Source: Paracoccaceae bacterium
Lineage (GTDB): Bacteria > Pseudomonadota > Alphaproteobacteria > Rhodobacterales > Rhodobacteraceae
Direction: 5' to 3'
DNA length: 64,000 bases
Assembly (NCBI GenBank): GCA_050256375.1
Contig: JBBWVU010000020.1
Coordinates: 38,485 to 102,484, forward strand
Of the stretch, positions 62,023 to 64,000 are shown one piece after another. The notes under the pieces are model-generated. The model was not told where the DNA came from and ran no database searches. It worked only from the letters and a program-made list of their open reading frames with translations. A program made the position numbers and the translations under genes. Within the stretch, counting starts at the first letter, position 1, and every line of letters starts with the position of its first letter.

Positions 62023-62777
62023 TCCACCCCGTATCCGTGGGAACGGATGATCGTTTGCGCGGTTTTGCCTTGCAGATAGGCCAAGAATGCGACGGCAGCC
62101 GGGTTATCCTTGCCGCGCATTGTCAGAACGGCATCTTGGTGGATCTGTGCGTAGGTGTCTGTGGGAATGGGCAGGTAGCTGCCAACCTCGTTACGTGGGC
62201 TAATGGCATAGGCAAGCGCGACGACGCCAAGCTCGGCGTTTCCGCTGGCTACAAGGGCGTGGGCTTGTCCGATATTTTCCCCCATTACGATCCGGTTTTG
62301 CACTGCTCTCAACAAGTTAAGGGCCGTTAATGCTTCGATAGCAGCTATACCGTAGGGGGCAAGTTTAGGGTTTGCAATTGCGAGATGGCGGAAGGGGTTG
62401 GTTAACGTTTCGATAATTTCCTCGCCAATTCGCGAGGGGTCCGCAGAAAACAAGACTATCTGGCCCGTGGCAAATGTGAAACGGCTGTTTTCTATTGCTT
62501 TCCCGTTTTCAACCAAGAGAGCGGGGCGGGCTTGGTCGGCCGCTAGAAACGCATCAAACGGCGCACCGTTAACGATTTGTGCGTACAGTTTACCTGTTGA
62601 ACCAGTGACAATAGTTAACTCGTGATTAACGCCCGATTCAAAATCCGAAACAAGCACGTCCACAACTTCGGAAAAATTCGTGGCGACCGCAATCAGTGCT
62701 GTTTCAGCCGCAACCGTTTGTGGTGCAACGACCAACGCCCATATGCAAAGTATTCGTGCTGTCCGGCTCATTTTCAT
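62019..62777 (-). CDS. modA: Molybdate ABC transporter substrate-binding protein
   Basis: Signal peptide, AVATNF, GSTGKLYAQI.NGAPFD, IANPKLAPYG and GENIGQ. Confidence 0.93.
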   Translation of the reverse strand: MKMSRTARILCIWALVVAPQTVAAETALIAVATNFSEVVDVLVSDFESGVNHELTIVTGSTGKLYAQIVNGAPFDAFLAADQARPALLVENGKAIENSRFTFATGQIVLFSADPSRIGEEIIETLTNPFRHLAIANPKLAPYGIAAIEALTALNLLRAVQNRIVMGENIGQAHALVASGNAELGVVALAYAISPRNEVGSYLPIPTDTYAQIHQDAVLTMRGKDNPAAVAFLAYLQGKTAQTIIRSHGYGVE

Positions 62778-62800
62778 TTACTCATCGGGCCTGTTAACGA

Positions 62801-62828
62801 AACGTTATGCAATAGGAATTACAACTCC
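62801..62828. promoter_or_regulatory. Weak ModE/Mop-type Mo-box candidate
   Basis: aaCGTTATgca-atagga-atTACAACt has the spacing of CGxTATATA-N6-TATATAACG but several mismatches; sits upstream of modA. Confidence 0.35.
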
Positions 62829-62929
62829 ATTGCGCGAATGACAATTATTAAGCGCATCGTGTCGTTTTTTGGCTAGGAGCGGCGGAGCACTGGTGTATCC
62901 TTTGGGCGAATTATGTTTAGGGAAACACT

Positions 62930-64000
62930 ATGACTGCTTTAGACCAACGAAAAGGTGTCTGGAAATCCGGTAAGGGTAAAGGACGTCGCACACCCAAGGG
63001 GCGGCAACTGGATGATGTTGCGTGGGGCGAGATTGCGCAACTTTTGGGTGCCCGCCCGCGCCAGCGAGATCTGTTAATAGAATATTTACACCTTGTTCAG
63101 GACAAGTTTGGCCATCTGTCTGCCCAGCATTTGCGCGCTTTGGCCGAGGAAATGTCATTGTCGATGGCCGAAGTGTACGAGGTTGCCAGCTTCTACGCCC
63201 ATTTTGATATCGTTAAGGAGGGCGAAACTGCCCCACCTTCGTTAACAATTCGTGTATGCGATTCCCTTTCTTGCGAATTAGCGGGTGCAGAGACGCTGTT
63301 AGCCGATTTGGCCGAAAATTATTCGGCGGGTGAAGTTCGCATATTACGCGCGCCTTGTATGGGCCGTTGCGACACAGCTCCGGTGTTAGAGATCGGCCAC
63401 CATCATATCGACCACGCGGATGTCGCAAAGGTCGAGGTTGCGGTTGTGGCGAATGATATTCACCCCCATGTGCCCACCTATGATTCCTCTGGTGTCACGC
63501 TCGATGTTTATGACCAAATGATTAATGGCACGCTTTCGATTGACGACATTCAGGCAACCGTCGCGGCGTCCGGCCTTCGTGGTCTTGGCGGTGCAGGGTT
63601 CCCGACTGCAAAAAAATGGGGTTTCGTGCGCGCTGAATCCGGGCCTCGATACTTGGCAGTGAATGCCGACGAAGGAGAACCGGGGACATTCAAAGACCGC
63701 TATTATCTAGAACGGGAACCGCTGCTTTTCCTTGAAGGCACGTTGATCGCCGCACGGGTCATCGAGGCTGGAAAATGTTTCATCTATCTACGTGACGAAT
63801 ATCCCGCAGCGCGCAAAATCTTGCAAACCGAGATCGCAAATCTTGAGCAATCAGGCACGATCCCCGTTGGGTTTATCGACTTGCGACGAGGTGCGGGTGC
63901 GTACATCTGCGGCGAAGAAAGCGCGATGATAGAAAGCATCGAGGGTAAGCGTGGCCTTCCGCGCCACCGTCCACCTTTCGTGGCCCAAAACGGCATTTTT
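62930..64000 (+). CDS. NAD-dependent formate dehydrogenase beta subunit (NuoE-NuoF fusion), partial
   Basis: Not in the ORF track. Hand translation from ATG 62930 gives MTALDQRKGVWKSGKGKGR..., CDSLSC and CMGRCD (2Fe-2S), SGLRGLGGAGFP, NADEGEPGTFKDR and GAGAYICGEE; open to the window end. Confidence 0.85.
   Translation, partial: MTALDQRKGVWKSGKGKGRRTPKGRQLDDVAWGEIAQLLGARPRQRDLLIEYLHLVQDKFGHLSAQHLRALAEEMSLSMAEVYEVASFYAHFDIVKEGETAPPSLTIRVCDSLSCELAGAETLLADLAENYSAGEVRILRAPCMGRCDTAPVLEIGHHHIDHADVAKVEVAVVANDIHPHVPTYDSSGVTLDVYDQMINGTLSIDDIQATVAASGLRGLGGAGFPTAKKWGFVRAESGPRYLAVNADEGEPGTFKDRYYLEREPLLFLEGTLIAARVIEAGKCFIYLRDEYPAARKILQTEIANLEQSGTIPVGFIDLRRGAGAYICGEESAMIESIEGKRGLPRHRPPFVAQNGIF

Noticed and set aside
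62830-62930. Moco/Tuco riboswitch upstream of fdh (also considered upstream of tupA, 31000-31186)
   Set aside because: Only short fragments (GGAAAC, isolated hairpins) resemble the motif; the conserved multi-stem core could not be built.
60200-64000. tRNA-anchored integrative element
   Set aside because: No integrase, and no duplicate of the tRNA 3' end within the window.

Overview
Core-chromosome segment of a (probably marine) Rhodobacterales/Rhodobacteraceae-type alphaproteobacterium; the taxon is inferred from gene order and protein sequences. It is densely coding. Contents in order: rpsF (partial), fabD-fabG-acpP, a purine-catabolism module (8-oxoguanine deaminase, LysR, PuuD, GuaD), an iscR-iscS-sufBCD-[4x Yip1]-sufS operon, prfC, an orphan ArsM-like methyltransferase, tatABC, nlpD-pcm-surE, orphan tupA, serS, aspartate aminotransferase, sdhE, hemA, rodZ-ispG, prfA-prmC, lptFG-lptD-surA-pdxA-rsmA, pepA-holC, ndk, purMN, one tRNA(CAT), modABC, and the start of a NuoE-NuoF-fusion formate dehydrogenase beta subunit. 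I saw no rRNA, CRISPR array, transposase or integrase. Three observations stand out. (1) An apparently non-coding ~300-nt unit upstream of serS, bounded by a perfect CtrA box with a -10-like element and GANTC site on one side and an intrinsic terminator on the other (candidate cell-cycle sRNA). (2) Three genes interrupted only by in-frame TAA/TAG codons, with the frame and homology continuing past them (a Yip1 paralog, an LdtR-like MarR regulator, a conserved hypothetical). (3) A suf operon expanded to four Yip1 membrane proteins, next to an alpha/beta hydrolase whose nucleophile Ser is replaced by Gln. All family assignments come from motif recognition and recall; no database searches were run.
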